A stretch of DNA of 51,337 bases, counting the filler, from Catajapyx aquilonaris (lineage: Eukaryota): assembly GCA_000934665.2 (NCBI GenBank). It is 2 parts of 2 records of this genome, joined end to end, with 100 filler letters (N's around TTAATTAATTAA, not from the genome) between each part and the next. Parts side by side here need not be neighbours in the genome. Positions count along the whole stretch, not along the records: positions 1 to 25,649 come from JYFJ02005336.1; positions 25,750 to 51,337 come from JYFJ02005337.1. One strand, given 5' to 3'. Positions 14,701 through 27,632 of this stretch are shown here, piece after piece. Within the stretch, counting starts at the first letter, position 1, and each line of letters begins with the position of its first letter. The translations under genes were made by a program, and so were the position numbers. The notes beneath the pieces are model-generated. The model was not told the origin of the DNA. It made no database searches and saw only the letters and a list, made by a program, of their open reading frames with translations.

Positions 14701-17151
14701 GACCCCATATTGCACTCTCTGGGGCAAGTCTGGCCAAAAAAAAAAGATGCGTTTCTTTTATACTCCCCCAAGGTGACCCCCCACCATTGTTGTAAACGTA
14801 ATTAATTGTGGCCTGAATTTAATATGAAAATTGACACTGCGTATTTCCTAGTAGTGCCCATGCCTTGTTGGTACCGTAACATTCATAATTACATGTATCC
14901 GCAATAGTAGCTTCAGGCTAATCATTACGTGAAAGAAAAATATATGGCTGCCTGTTGGAGTCGGGGGGAAAAAAATGCAGGTTCATCGTCGAACCATTCT
15001 AAATCATGTGTGTAACCATTATTGTGCCCCACCCTACCTTCGACCTCCAAGTGCCCCCTAATGAATAGTAGAAAAAAAAAAAAAAAGATGATGAAAAAAA
15101 ACTGCCAAGGAGACCGCACCTGCTGAGAGAAACAACAACGCATTTAAATAGCACCATATATGAAACGGAAATTCATGCAGAGATACATAGCAGTGTGACT
15201 CTTAGTTTGGCACACTATTTTTTTGCATGTCGGAAAGTGGGTCTGTCTTCTAGTGTACGTGACGGAAGCCACTACTGGAAGACATTCGGGCGCCTTTGAT
15301 GAACCCCTAAGGGAACTGATACCAGAAACTCCTTCCCAACCCGGTCCATCTCAAGAGGCGATAAAACGACAATAAAAACAGTCCTGCACAACATGGCCGT
15401 CAAGACCCAAAACCTATCGACCCTATCACGATAATCAAGCTCAAAAATATACTCGACAATTTATTTACAACAAATTCATTGCAAATATATGTGCATAGTG
15501 AGCTACCTTTCTATCACACTATCATAGAACCCATTCAGTCTTTTTTACGTCTTTGGCTGAGGAAATAACATTGGTCATATAAGGAGAGGAAAGAGATAAA
15601 AATGGTTTTCAAGATAACCGGAGTTACTTTCTTTCCCCTCCAGACACATACTGCAGGTCCAGTCAACTTTTCCAATAAATCACAGGTTTCACGATCAGAT
15701 AGCTCAATCTCCTTTCTCCCACTTTCCCTCCGTCTATACCATTCGTGTGATGATAGACTCGTGCCAAAAACACTATAACGACCCAATTCCATGGCAATTT
15801 AATGCCATAATTATGCGATCAAATTAAAGAATTGCATAGTAAGCGGACACTAATTTTTAAAATGTAAATAATCCAGACATAATGATTGCTCGTGAATTAA
15901 TATCCACTTTTTTATCTGAACAATAATGAATGCGAATTATCATGCGGGGCCAAACACATCAGCAAAATATTTTGATTTTCGCAAAATGAATTACATTATG
16001 CATTAATTTCGCGACTTTAATGCAATCAGCAGTATACAGTATACGGGTGAAGCGTTCAATTTGCATTCAAACTATCTGATTCGCACGTTTTAGCAACATG
16101 TTTCAGCCTCGCTATTTGGTCAGGTATGTCTTCCGCAAAGTCTGCGTATGACTAGGAACTAGCTTATTCTCTCAAGTGCTCTTTTTTGTAAGGTTAAACT
16201 TCCCAAAACGAGGATTCTAATTAACCTTTCTTTTTTAAAAAGCTACAGATTTCTCAGAAGTTTCGTAATGTACATCCCACCTCAAGGCGTAAATTCACCT
16301 TCCTCCTCTGTAGTTTACAAGTATCGGAAGATCGTTGAGTGTTCTGGCCGAATTTTTTTTTACTCGCTAAAACTTGTTTCGCGTGTTAGATAATAAACTG
16401 TCAGTAAAACAAATTTATGGCCCACCATATCAAACATTAAGTACTGTAAGTGAAAATAAGGGGGCTCTCACTTGCGCCTTTTGTTTGATCTTTTGCACAC
16501 GACTTAACACTCATATTATCATTGTAGTGAAAGTTATACCTATGCATATGCTGCCATTGATTTTAAAGTACGGTACATAATGCATGGCATTGTTTGCAAA
16601 ACTGTATCTCCTTATTTTAACTCTCTGTTAGAGGTAACATGAGCTGCAGCTTGTTTTCAATTATGTTTTGATCCGTACGCTTTTAAGTAACATCGTTATT
16701 TGAGAGCCTGCAGATACTCTACTTCAGTAGGCTACACGTCCATGCGAGATGTTACTGGGAAGTATCGATTCCATGATGCTTGTTAAGGGGGGTAAAGGTT
16801 CTGTATTATGTAACGTCCTCCGGTTCAGTTATATGTAACTTTCCCCGTAAACTTTTGTCCGGGGCACTCGCAATCCAAACAGCTTCAGGCCGGTGAACAC
16901 TTTCACACCCACTGACACATCACTGCTAACTATAACCCCGAGTGATTACACCTGGAAGCGAGGTTTTTTGGAAGCAGAAAGCAAGTTACGCAAAAGCAAC
17001 TTGATTATCTTCCACTTCTCTGACCTGTGATGAGCTATGGAAACACGACCCATTTCTTCTGCTCGGCCAAACTAGCCCTCAAAAATAATCAGGAAAGAGA
17101 ACAGCAAACATGAGCTTGCTGAACTTTGCTCGCTTCACTGCCATGCCCAGG

Positions 17152-17216
17152 GCTAGGCCTAGAAGCATGGAGCTAGTGGCGTGGAGCTAGGCCTAGCGGC
17201 GTGGAGCTAGGCCTAG
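17152..17216. repeat. Short ~20-bp degenerate tandem repeat
   Basis: ggagctaggcctagcggcgt-like unit, about 3 copies. Confidence 0.7.
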
Positions 17217-19402
17217 TCACAGGTAGCCTATATTAGACTCGCCTTTTACTAGTATGGTATAATGAGCTACGCAAAGGCTATGAAAACAGACGTGACCTAT
17301 TTCTGAGTCCGACCTTACCCCCCTATTCCCCATGAAAATAATCAGGGAGCGCTTCATCAGTTGTAAGTAGCTAGATCCCTAGCCCCTCCCCCATGTTTAT
17401 TGGTTGGGGAGAGGAGTTTCCTAATAGGAGCCGCGGACCGATGAGAACCATCGCCCATAGCTATGGTTTTCCATTTCATGGAGGCATCAATAGCGGAGCA
17501 AATGACACGGGAGCCAAACAAAAACCCGGAATCTTCCTGCTTTACGATCCCATTAAAAGGGACGTTTTTGTTAGCCCAAGATCCTCCGTTACCCGTGACA
17601 CTTTTACTGTAATTAGTAGCCATAAAGGTGGGGAACGACCGCTACCCCGACGCATTTCAAATGAAACTATGTACCCCCACTGCCACGCAATTCCTTGGAT
17701 TTCCAGGAGAGAGAGAGAGGGAGAGAGATGCAGCAGGAAATGGCTGCTGCATCCCGCAGATTCCTTTCTTCTTTTTCTCCATATCCAGTTACGAACCGTT
17801 TGGAGATTACCGCGAGGCCCACCACTTTGGCCTAAGCTTTTATTACGCCATAAAGCTTCCTTGTGCTCTACCGGGAGTTACGACGGACCTGCTCCGGAAA
17901 GCTCCGTCGATTCAACTGCGAAATCCAGCCAGCCAACACCAGAGTTGCTTCAAGGAACACGGGTGGTAATACTCGTTTTGTAAACACGGCTGAACTGTCC
18001 TTGCCCATTGCCCAAATCCTGGCCATGGACTCACTAGAGACACTGAAGAAAACACAACCTGCACATTCTCGATTATCCGGACATGCACAGATTTCAACAC
18101 AGCCCATAAAACAAGAATCAGGTGAAAAGCTTTTAAATCCAAAAAGTTCCACCAGTATAAATCCTGAGGGTAGAGTTAAGAAATCATATTTTCCGCCTCA
18201 TTTGGAAGCGATCCATTGTCAATGCAGAGGAGGAAATGATCAATATCGCCTTGATAAAAGCCAGGCAACGGCCTCAGAGTTAACAACTTTTTTTCCCCCT
18301 TTCCTCCTTTAGCTTGCTTCTTCCCCAGTAAAACCACTCAACTCCTTGAAAGCGTCCCTTCGTCATAACCTGTCCAATTCTAAGCACGCAAACTTGGGAC
18401 TAGTACAAGGTGAGGCACAAGTCTCCATCACCACTGTTTTGTACCAACAACCAATTTTGACTATAAATGCTAGTTATTGCCTTTCTTTTTTTAAAAAAAA
18501 TATGAGTGTCTTAAGACATTAACAAAGCCAATCAGTACTCCATTTTATATTGGCTATTTCTTTTCTTCAAACCGGTTGCTTAAGCACCCTGTACACACTT
18601 CACGCCTCCAACTTCTGACTCCAGTTTTGCTCCACAATTCGCAGTTTTTAAACCTTCCTTTCTTTTAACCATAGGATGGCGACATCGTATATAAAGTTGT
18701 AAGTCCTCCTCCAGCTTTTCTTCTACCCCTCCAGAAACTCCAGCAGTACTTTGTGTCCCGGCGCGATGTACACGCTGCATCAAGGAAGCAATTTGGGTGA
18801 GGAAGCTCAGATGAGAGAAACTGACTCTCAACCGTATAAGATTAAGGTGGGGGGAGGAGGTTTCTATGGTGAAAGGTCGTTCATGATCAGGAGGAGCAAA
18901 AACCGCCTTCATTCTTGGGCTGCCGGAGATTGCCCACCAACCCTGTCCCCCTACCCCCAGCCCCTCTTTCACCTCGGCCTTAATTAATATTGTATTCCAA
19001 GTTTCATCAAGTTTTACGAGGAAACTCGAGGGGGCATCTAGGTAAGGCGCTTTTCAGGCGCCGCCATACAGAAAGAACTTGTTCCAAGACGCCCGACACA
19101 TAAAAAATTACGATTAGGAAGAGGGTTGGGGGGGACAGACGCATGCGCTGGTTAACTGACCTGCTGCAATTTAACTAGGAATTTGTCTAGAATATGTAAT
19201 TGCTGGTTGTATTAATGTAAATTAAGACAAATTATCCAATTAGCACAACCAGACATTTTATTAGGAAAGCCATAATTAAATCAAAATAGTCGCAGAAGCA
19301 CGTTAAATTAAAAGGTCTCGATTATTTTAATTTTGTACAATTAATTTTAACATACATTTCACTAAATTTCACTTATATATCTTACAATTATTAATAAGTC
19401 TA

Positions 19403-19535
19403 CAGGGTGTCCCTCAAGTCTGAAATAATCTGGAACCATATGAGTTTCCTATTACATTGTTGTAGTATATGGTTACCATGTAGTCTATAACATATTATTG
19501 TGTAACAATATGTTCCAGACTTAAGGGACACCCTG
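19403..19535. mobile_element. Tc1/mariner-type MITE
   Basis: TA|cagggtgtccctcaagtctg ... cagacttaagggacaccctg|TA: 20-bp TIR with one mismatch and a TA TSD. Confidence 0.8.
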
Positions 19536-20377
19536 TATATTAAAGCGTCTGGTAGTTCAGAGCAGTTTATTTAACTGCAAGCTACCTGTCTATCAATTAA
19601 TAAGTAATTGCAATGACATAGATTCCGCTTTAATTTAAAAAATGTCAAATTATTAAAAGCCAGTAGACCGGAATGCATATCATAGTTCATAAGCATGTAC
19701 CTACAGTAGACGTAATTATTTTGAAGCCGCAAGAATGACGTGGAGGTTGAGCCAACTTTATGTGAGAAAATATTTGTTGGAAGCATGTTCCCCCTCCAAA
19801 TTATCGAAGTTTTTGCTAAAACCATTGCAAATTCCGGGCCTCATTGCACGTCATGGTACGTTGGTTTGTAGCAGCAAAAGAGAGCCATTACACTGGCATG
19901 ATTGTATGGGCAAAACTAAAGGGAAAAAAACCGCATGGGATTTTTTCTCTCTCTCTCTCCCTCGGTCCTTCAATTCATGTCTGCATTAATCTGGGAAAGA
20001 AGATTTTAATATCATGGATTGATTCCCCTCCCCCGTCCCCCCATTCCCCGCAAAAACCAAAAAGCCAGTCATTGTTGTCGCCGTTTGAGGCTTTTGTTCC
20101 AAGAGCTCTTCAATCATTTCCTTGCGGGCGAGCTGGTTCACTGGCTCGGAAAAGGACGCGGCCAACAAAAGCCTTGCAAAGCCGTTCCTTCTACCACCTG
20201 TTACTTCCACACTCCCTTTCTGAATATAGGTACCACTCTTATGCAGACGTCACTTGGACGTCGCACCACCCAAGTATTAGTACTGACAATGGGCAAAAGT
20301 GACTCACAAACATCAATATTGTAGCTAACAACGGCTTGCGACATCAGCACTACTGTATAAGAGTGAATAATATTGGA

Positions 20378-20608
20378 GACGTAACTGACGACCAACGCAA
20401 CATTATGAAAATGTGCGTAGGCGTAACTTGGACGCAACATTATGAAAATGTGCGTAGGCGTAACTTGAACGCAACATGATGAAAAGTGCGTAGGCGTAAC
20501 TTGAACGCAACATGATGAAATTGTGCGTAGGCGTAACTTGAACGCAACATTACGGAAAAGTGCGTAGACGTAACTTAGATGAGCATTTTGAAAATATTCA
20601 TAGACGTG
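20378..20608. repeat. Minisatellite, 36-37-bp unit, about 5-6 copies
   Basis: Unit acgcaacattatgaaaatgtgcgtaggcgtaacttg(a/g), head-to-tail with no spacers. Confidence 0.9.
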
Positions 20609-23472
20609 CAGCCAGTAGGAAGTAGAGTGTATGTCAAGCAAATTGTATAGGAGGTGGGGAGTGTGGGAAAGGGAATGAATCCGGAGCAGCAGAGAGGGGA
20701 TTATTCGTCCCCAGGGCGTGCTGCTGACCGGATTCGGGCGTGCCAAATGGGCGGGCATTAAAGCGATGCCCAGCATGTGTGAGTGCAGGGATATGTGAAA
20801 GAGTGTGTGTGTTTGTAGTGTAGTAGTATGAGTAGTAGGGGGGATGCGTGAAGGGTTGGGGGGTGAAATGGCGGGGAATGCGCTGTGACAAAGGGCAAGC
20901 TGAGAACATCCCTATAGTCGCTCCCATGGGGTGCGGGGACTATGGGATATATATTCCCGTCTATTATGCGGGATGGGGTCTGATCAAACGCTGACTCATG
21001 CGACTACAAATTCGCAGAATGTCAGGGACTATGGATTCTCTGCTTTGAGGGGAGGTGTAACTACTGTAGAAATGAGGACAGAGTAATGGAGCTGGAAAGG
21101 TTAAAAAAGAGGGCTACAGGATGCAGCGTGCGCCATCTACTGATTTCGTTCCTATAAAACTGTGGCTAGTTTCCTATTGTGACTTTGATACAAATCCGTC
21201 CTATATAGAAACTTTGAATCCCAATGATTACACTCACTCATTATTACAGAACCAATCATGAGTTACACCTATTGTGAAGAAGACGGCCTATTTTCCCCCT
21301 TCCAAAATGGATGACTCAGCGAGGCTTTTCCTCCCCTCTAGCAAACCATCAGATCTATCGAGTATATCGACTCTCTCCGTGGCATTCCGCGGGAGTCTGA
21401 AGGGGTTGGGGGTTGTGTGCTAGGGAAGATTGCAAGCCATGCACTCCTTTGTGCCGAGTCTTGTTCAACCCCTTTTGTCTGCCCATATAGGAAAACTGGA
21501 GGCCCCCCGGTTTTCTGCTGGTTTGGACTTGCTAACCTTACCTTATATTCACCGGGGGTCAGGTCAATAATGGCTATCATCGTTTGTACACTTACGCCTA
21601 TTTCAGACTCCCTGCTTGGATAGGTACCATTAAACCCCGTTGCCCTCCTGCCGCGACCGAGACGAACCAGCAACAGCAGAAGAAGGAAGAGAAGAAAAAG
21701 GGGGGGGGGNGGGGGGTCTTGTGGAAGCAGTTTCTCCCCCACTCATTCCCCTCCTTGAATTAGCCATAGTTAGTTTCGGCTCGATTCCCAAGCCTGGCAG
21801 AAAACGAGATCCTTGGCAGAGGCAGCAGCAGGTTACCCATTAATTGATTAGGTTCATTAAGGCTCGTATCCTTTCTTTTCATGGCAGTGTAAACCACCTC
21901 GGGACCAAACGACGGAGAGATGACTTGGTCGTTTGGACCAGAACAACATCAATAATTATGTCAGCTTTTTAAATGGGTGTGAACATGAATTTCGCAAACT
22001 ATGATCCAAAAGCTAAACTACATATAACAGCCAATTTAATCGGGATCAAATTCCATTTTATTTATATATCGAGAATTTATGTACGGTATGTACTGCGCGG
22101 TATATAATTCGACAACAAAGTCGAGCACTAATTGGATCGGTTCGAATGGAAAGTTGCACATTGCATAGTTACATTATGTTGGCCGTGATTTGTGAGCATA
22201 TTATATTGCTGTAATGCGATTCCGGGGGACCGCAATTTTGCCCTCGAGGATGCTGCAAACATACTGACTTACATTTTATTCAAACATACTGCAGACATGC
22301 ACCACATCGAGCATAGAACATAAAAGGTACAGTATTACTGTGCATCTCTTTCATCTTGTACTACCAGCCTCAAAGAAAACATAATGAATGAGAAACCTTT
22401 TCAAAAAAAAGAAGAAGAAAAGTTCTCGGAATATACTGTAGTAAAAAAAATGTTTTAACGAAAAACCGCTCCCCAGGAACTTCAAAGTCGGCCTAAAACT
22501 GTGAAGCTCCAGCACATAAAGTTCGTACAAGTGCACACAAAGTTACGCACAGAAAACACCTTTTCCGCTCACAACTTGAACCTTCCTAAAATTCCGGTCC
22601 TACCCGGAACAAAATACACGTCAGCAACAGAACTTGGGAAGTTTTTCATATAGATAAAAAAAAATACGTATATATTATAGGGAAGAAACTTGACGGAATT
22701 TCGATCTCTCACCATGGAAATTTCCTCTCCACTTTCTATATCGTACCTTTTATCAACAAGTGGTTAGATATTCCGGACACGAGGACACCCAGCTGGCGGG
22801 ACTTCCCGGAAATGTGCAGGTCCGGACTTTCGCAAAAATATTTTTTGCACATTTTGAAATCATATTATGAATTGAGCAGAATCGACACTACATTTTGCAT
22901 AATAATAATAACAACAATAATAATTTTCTGTCGTACTTTACCTTTTCAACGAGCTTCGATTTTTGCTGTTAGTAATAATCCTAATCTTGTAATGATGAGA
23001 GCGGTGCGCCATGTGATCTTTCATATGGGGAAAAAACTATGTACGTATATAGACGAGTGAGGCTCAATGCCCGTCATTAACCCATGAATAATGAATGTTG
23101 CGTGGCATTTGATCTCTTGCATATGGGAAAATTCCATAGAAATCCTTGTCAATTGACGGTTAAATTGATTAAACCCATCCGACCCTGACAGACATATGGA
23201 CTTCAGTTTGTTTGGCAAATTGCAATTCCCTGAAAAGTTTTGCGTGTGACTTCAGAGTTGGAACATTTTGTGTACCAATACGTCACATTTGGAAGGCGGC
23301 CATGAATAATCTAATAATACTGTATGTACGCAGCACAAAATTTGCTCCTTTGATCAATATTAAAGCACCTTTGATACTGCAGTAATTAAAAAGAGCAGTA
23401 GTTACGGTAATAAATCTGCAGATAATTATTTTTAAAATGCGCTCTGATTGAATGTTCGTTAGTAGCCTTTGA

Positions 23473-23642
23473 TACATTACGCTAGGTCGTTTAGTTGGAG
23501 GAAAAAAAATTGCCCGACCCGGGGATCGAACCTTCGCCCTTCGAATTTGTAGGCTGTTGCTATGTCGCCAATTCGAAGGTCGGAGGTTCGATCCCCGGGT
23601 CGGGTAGATATATTTTCCAACTAAACGACCTAGCGTAATGTA
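23473..23642. repeat. Palindrome of two head-to-head tRNA-like (B-box) segments
   Basis: Arms 23473-23547 and 23570-23642 are near-perfect reverse complements. Each contains GGTTCGATCCC on its outward-reading strand. Confidence 0.8.
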
Positions 23643-25649
23643 CCAGCCACTGTCTACCCCCAACCACAACGACCCAAAGACAACGACGCTCATGTGAACC
23701 CGCCCTGACCTGCACTATTCTTCCTCCTTTCCCTCCCAAAAAAAGACCCCAAGTTTTGTGCAAATCGTCTGAATGCTCGACGCCTCAGTTCCGGGAGTCT
23801 CCCAGGCCATAAACCCCTGCCATAAAAGAGTAGCAGAGGGGGTACAAAATGGTGACTGCAGATCCCCCCCCCCTTCTTTTTCTTCTTTTTTTTCTAACTT
23901 CCCCCTCCCCTCCCCTCTCCATCCATAGAACCCAGAGTCTTCTCATTAAGATCCGCGAAGAGTCGGGGACACCCTTCTCCCGGCTGGATTTGGCTTTTAT
24001 GGGAAGCTGGATGGGTCGCAGATGCGCTCTCGGGACTAGTAAATCATATAGTGACGAGAGTTCCGGGTAATGGGAGAAAGTGCGGGGGTGGCCTCCATCT
24101 TGAGAAAATCGTACGCACCTTCAAAACCTTGTTAGCCTCACACAGGGACAGGGTGGATCGGAAAAGAAATTAAGCTGCTTTCCACTAACCGCTACGTGAA
24201 AATAACTGCCAGGCCCAAGATGGCGTCCAAGAATTGCAACTCAATTATTTATAATACAATAAAATAATCAGACATTTTCTATTATTTATATATTTGTAGC
24301 CTACTCTTAGACATCAGGTAATTAGAGAGAAAAAAATTGGGGTAAATGTGTGTCCCATATCTGTATCGGGGCCACACTAGCCAATATATAGATCACTTTG
24401 TAAAAATTTCGTACAAGAAAACTAATTTTTCTTGTGTACAATTTTCCCCCCGAACAACTTCAAATGGACTAAACAGTAGTTTGGAAGATCCCTGACGTGA
24501 TGGCAGAGTCATCTCAAAAATTTACTTTTTTAAAACAAATATCACATTTAGTATCTCACCTCTTTACTTATAACCGCTACAGTTATGAATGCAGGAAATA
24601 ATCAGCGTTAGACCGACGTGAAATTGGAGCTGTGCCATCACATTTTGGCGATAGTAAATTGCAACCGCGCAATGAGGGTTGAGTGTATATTTATACACTT
24701 ATCGCCGAAACCGGCCTTGAGATTGCATTAACTGCGTACTAGGATGCATGAGGTTCATGATATTGCGAAAGGTCAGTGGACTTAAATGTTTTTTCTTCTT
24801 CATAGGCTTATAATTTATGGGAAAGCTGTCAGCACCACTTGTATGCACTCGCACAGTACTGTACACTATACCTGAATAAAAAAAAATCAACAATGCCAAC
24901 TCTCTCAAGCTAATTGTTGCGTTCGGCCTTGGATTGCAGCCAATCTCTTTATAAAGAGTTCCATCAAGCTCTCCCCTCCATCCATCTCTCCCTGGATATT
25001 GGATTGGCAATCTGCGAATTTTAGAGTTCTTTAAAACTCGGCTCTGGGTTGGGGAAATGATCTGTTTTATAGGACGACGCCAAGTTCATCGTCTCTCTCG
25101 GTCTGATGGAGAAAAAAACCATGGTTTATGCCCTCAAAATGAGCTCAACAATGAGTAGTCCAGACCTGAAAATATTCGGATTCATACTCCACGGATATGA
25201 TTCACAATCTGTTACTTATTATATGGCCTTGGCCGTGACACTTGCAGCAAGTGTCACGACGCAATTCCGCACGTCCTTGGCGTGTTGCGCTGTAAAAAAA
25301 ACACACACCTCAAACACGCATGTAATGAGCAAACGCTAAGGAAAAAATATGCAACTCGAGCTTCAAAACTGCATGACCTAATTCGCTGTAAGGTTCATAT
25401 CTAGTCTTGTTTTGAAGTGACGTAATGTTGTGGTAATACGATAGCATTGAGCGGAAACGTATGTGTCACCACAGCGTCTTTTGCTTCCTGACCTGAATAA
25501 TTTCTATGCCAGTTTTTAAATTACAAGGTGATTACAAATTTTATAAATTTTTAAATGGCATATAAACCACTGTTGACATTGCTTCAAAGCCCATCATTCT
25601 TTTCAAAGAATTGGGGAGGGAATACCATACAAACAGTGTGGGGGACCCA

Positions 25650-25749
25650 NNNNNNNNNNNNNNNNNNNNNNNNNNNNNNNNNNNNNNNNNNNNTTAATTA
25701 ATTAANNNNNNNNNNNNNNNNNNNNNNNNNNNNNNNNNNNNNNNNNNNN
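25650..25749. other. Scaffold gap with artificial spacer N44-TTAATTAATTAA-N44
   Basis: Exactly 100 nt. The palindromic 12-mer places stop codons in all six frames. Confidence 0.9.
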
Positions 25750-25856
25750 TAAGATACGAACTCACATGAGGTGGCCAATTAGCGTAATTGGTGGATGCGT
25801 TGAATTTACGGCGATGGTTTAATTTGCTAGGTATTGTTGCATAAGGGCATTTCGTA

Positions 25857-25902
25857 GGGGAGGAGAAGTGGTACTGCGGAAATGCGCCCACGGATGTTCA
25901 GG
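25857..25902 (+). mobile_element. Truncated SINE head (same family as 44345)
   Basis: ggggaggagaagtggtactgcggaaatgcgcccacggatgttcagg aligns with 44345-44394. Confidence 0.65.
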
Positions 25903-25949
25903 ATGATAATGACCCTTTCAAACTTATGTTTGACAGAATAACACTGTAA
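25901..25949 (+). pseudogene. Remnant of an IR3-like coding sequence (S2 region, DDNDPFKLMFDRI)
   Basis: ggatgataatgaccctttcaaacttatgtttgacagaata matches IR3 46779-46818 at 39/40 nt, IR2 at 36/40 and IR1 at 34/40. Confidence 0.8.
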
Positions 25950-27389
25950 TATACAGAGTGTTCATGAAAACACCGAGAAACTGTTAACAGTGGCCAATGG
26001 TAACGTGAGGATCATTTTATGTAGATGAGTCATTATGTCTACACCGCCTCATTACTGAGATAATTGACTCGTTGCTGATTAGCGATTTTTTTTGCCTAAT
26101 CGCTCCTTCTGACTTTTAAATAGAATTGACAGGTGTAACTAGCCATAGAGGCCTTACTACCTGTGGGCAAGAAACCAACAAAGTCCGGCCCCCAGACCTT
26201 CCAGACCCTTCTGGCTGGGGAAGGGTTCGTTGGGTGGCCTAACTTCCAGGATATTTTATACTACCTGTTTTTAAACTCATCCTTTTGGAATAAATCACTG
26301 TTATGTCAGTCATACATTTACCTTATTTAATGCTACAGTCACCTTCAAAAAAAACTACAATCTTGTATGTTTTGATCAAAATGAGCAAATATTGTAATTT
26401 ATACCGAGTTGTGATAAACGAGACCATTTTGCTTATTATATGCCCTGAAGGTTATTAAACAGAGCCTTAGTATGTTAGCTCCTTAAGTCTTTTCTTTTTA
26501 ATTTTTATTTCACATGGAGAGACAGCTTATAATATGTAATAGTGTCAAAACCCGGAAAAGATGTTTTATAAGTCAGACACAAATTTTTGTCAGGTGCAAA
26601 CTTTCGTCAATCTGCTACAATATGCACACTTCAATTAAAATAATATTTTCTCGGAGAAGTAATAAAAAATTTAACCGTTATTTTTTAAATAACAAAGTAT
26701 CATGAGTTATATTATAAAATTTTAGCATAATTTGGTATATAATTGTATTCAGTAAAATATGAATATTTATTGGTGATTTTTGTTTTATGCAACATCATCA
26801 AGCTCAAAGTTTGTGAAATTTCCACTTTTTAAAGTTAAATTAACCCACAATTTGTATGAGATAAACCCTAAGTTCTACACTACCATAATAAAGAGCATTA
26901 TCACTAATTCAGAGATCTGGTACGTCACGTGACGGTTACCGTAATAATGACGCAAATGTCATAGATTCGATTGTATACTACCATGGTCGTTGTTGCCATA
27001 GCATCGTCAGACACGTGAACCTGTCAATCCGAGTTCAATCCATGGCCCATGGCAGACACGCGGTAGAGCTAAATGTCACACCTCGCAGCATATCACAATT
27101 CTGAGAAACAGCTCATAACCTTGCTTCGATCGCACTACAATGACATAAAGGAAACATAAAGGTCAAATGGCGCCAGAAGTCCTTGTCTTATCAATAATTA
27201 GACTATATTCTTTGTGTCCAAGAGTGAAATTAAATGAGAAGAAATGATAAAATTTAATTGAATAAATTAAGAAATATGGCCGGATGAGAGGGCAGCACTG
27301 TCTATACGAGTATCCGGATACAATTCCTGTATGGAAAGGATGGTATGAAATTCGGCCTTAAGCAATATCATATCGGATCGAATGATTAC

Positions 27390-27632
27390 AAGTTTGGACC
27401 TAAATTTATATTAAAATTAGACTTCAGATAATATCATATTCAGTATAATAAGATTCAATCGTCGATTATTCGATTGTCTGCTACCACCGCTGCCATAGCA
27501 TCGTCTCATACACATAACACAGTCAATACAGAAATTCCCAGAAATGCCCATGCTTACAATCAGCAGAAATGCACTGGGGTAGAATGTCGCACCTCGGAGC
27601 TTGTCACGATTGAAAGATCTAGCCTTGATTCG
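27390..27632 (+). repeat. Cluster-associated duplicated module (copies at ~36030-36245, ~43785-44210, inverted at ~32248-32615, partial elsewhere)
   Basis: Shared core gattattcgattg...gccatagcatcgtctcatacacataacac...cagcagaaatgcactgg...cacctcggagcttgtcacgattgaaagatct. Confidence 0.8.

Noticed and set aside
17393..17983. 196-aa ORF
   Set aside because: No recognisable domain. It runs through a GA microsatellite, and overlapping ORFs in other frames look equally random.
20378..20608. CRISPR-like array (36-37-bp repeats)
   Set aside because: The units are contiguous with no unique spacers, there are no cas genes, and the context is eukaryotic.
20201..20776. 191-aa minus-strand ORF with repeated peptides
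   Set aside because: It is a product of the minisatellite.
1..25649. Hox-cluster microRNAs (miR-10, miR-993, iab-4), suggested by the Hox-type motifs
   Set aside because: No mature-sequence match was found by eye, and there is no homeobox exon in the window.
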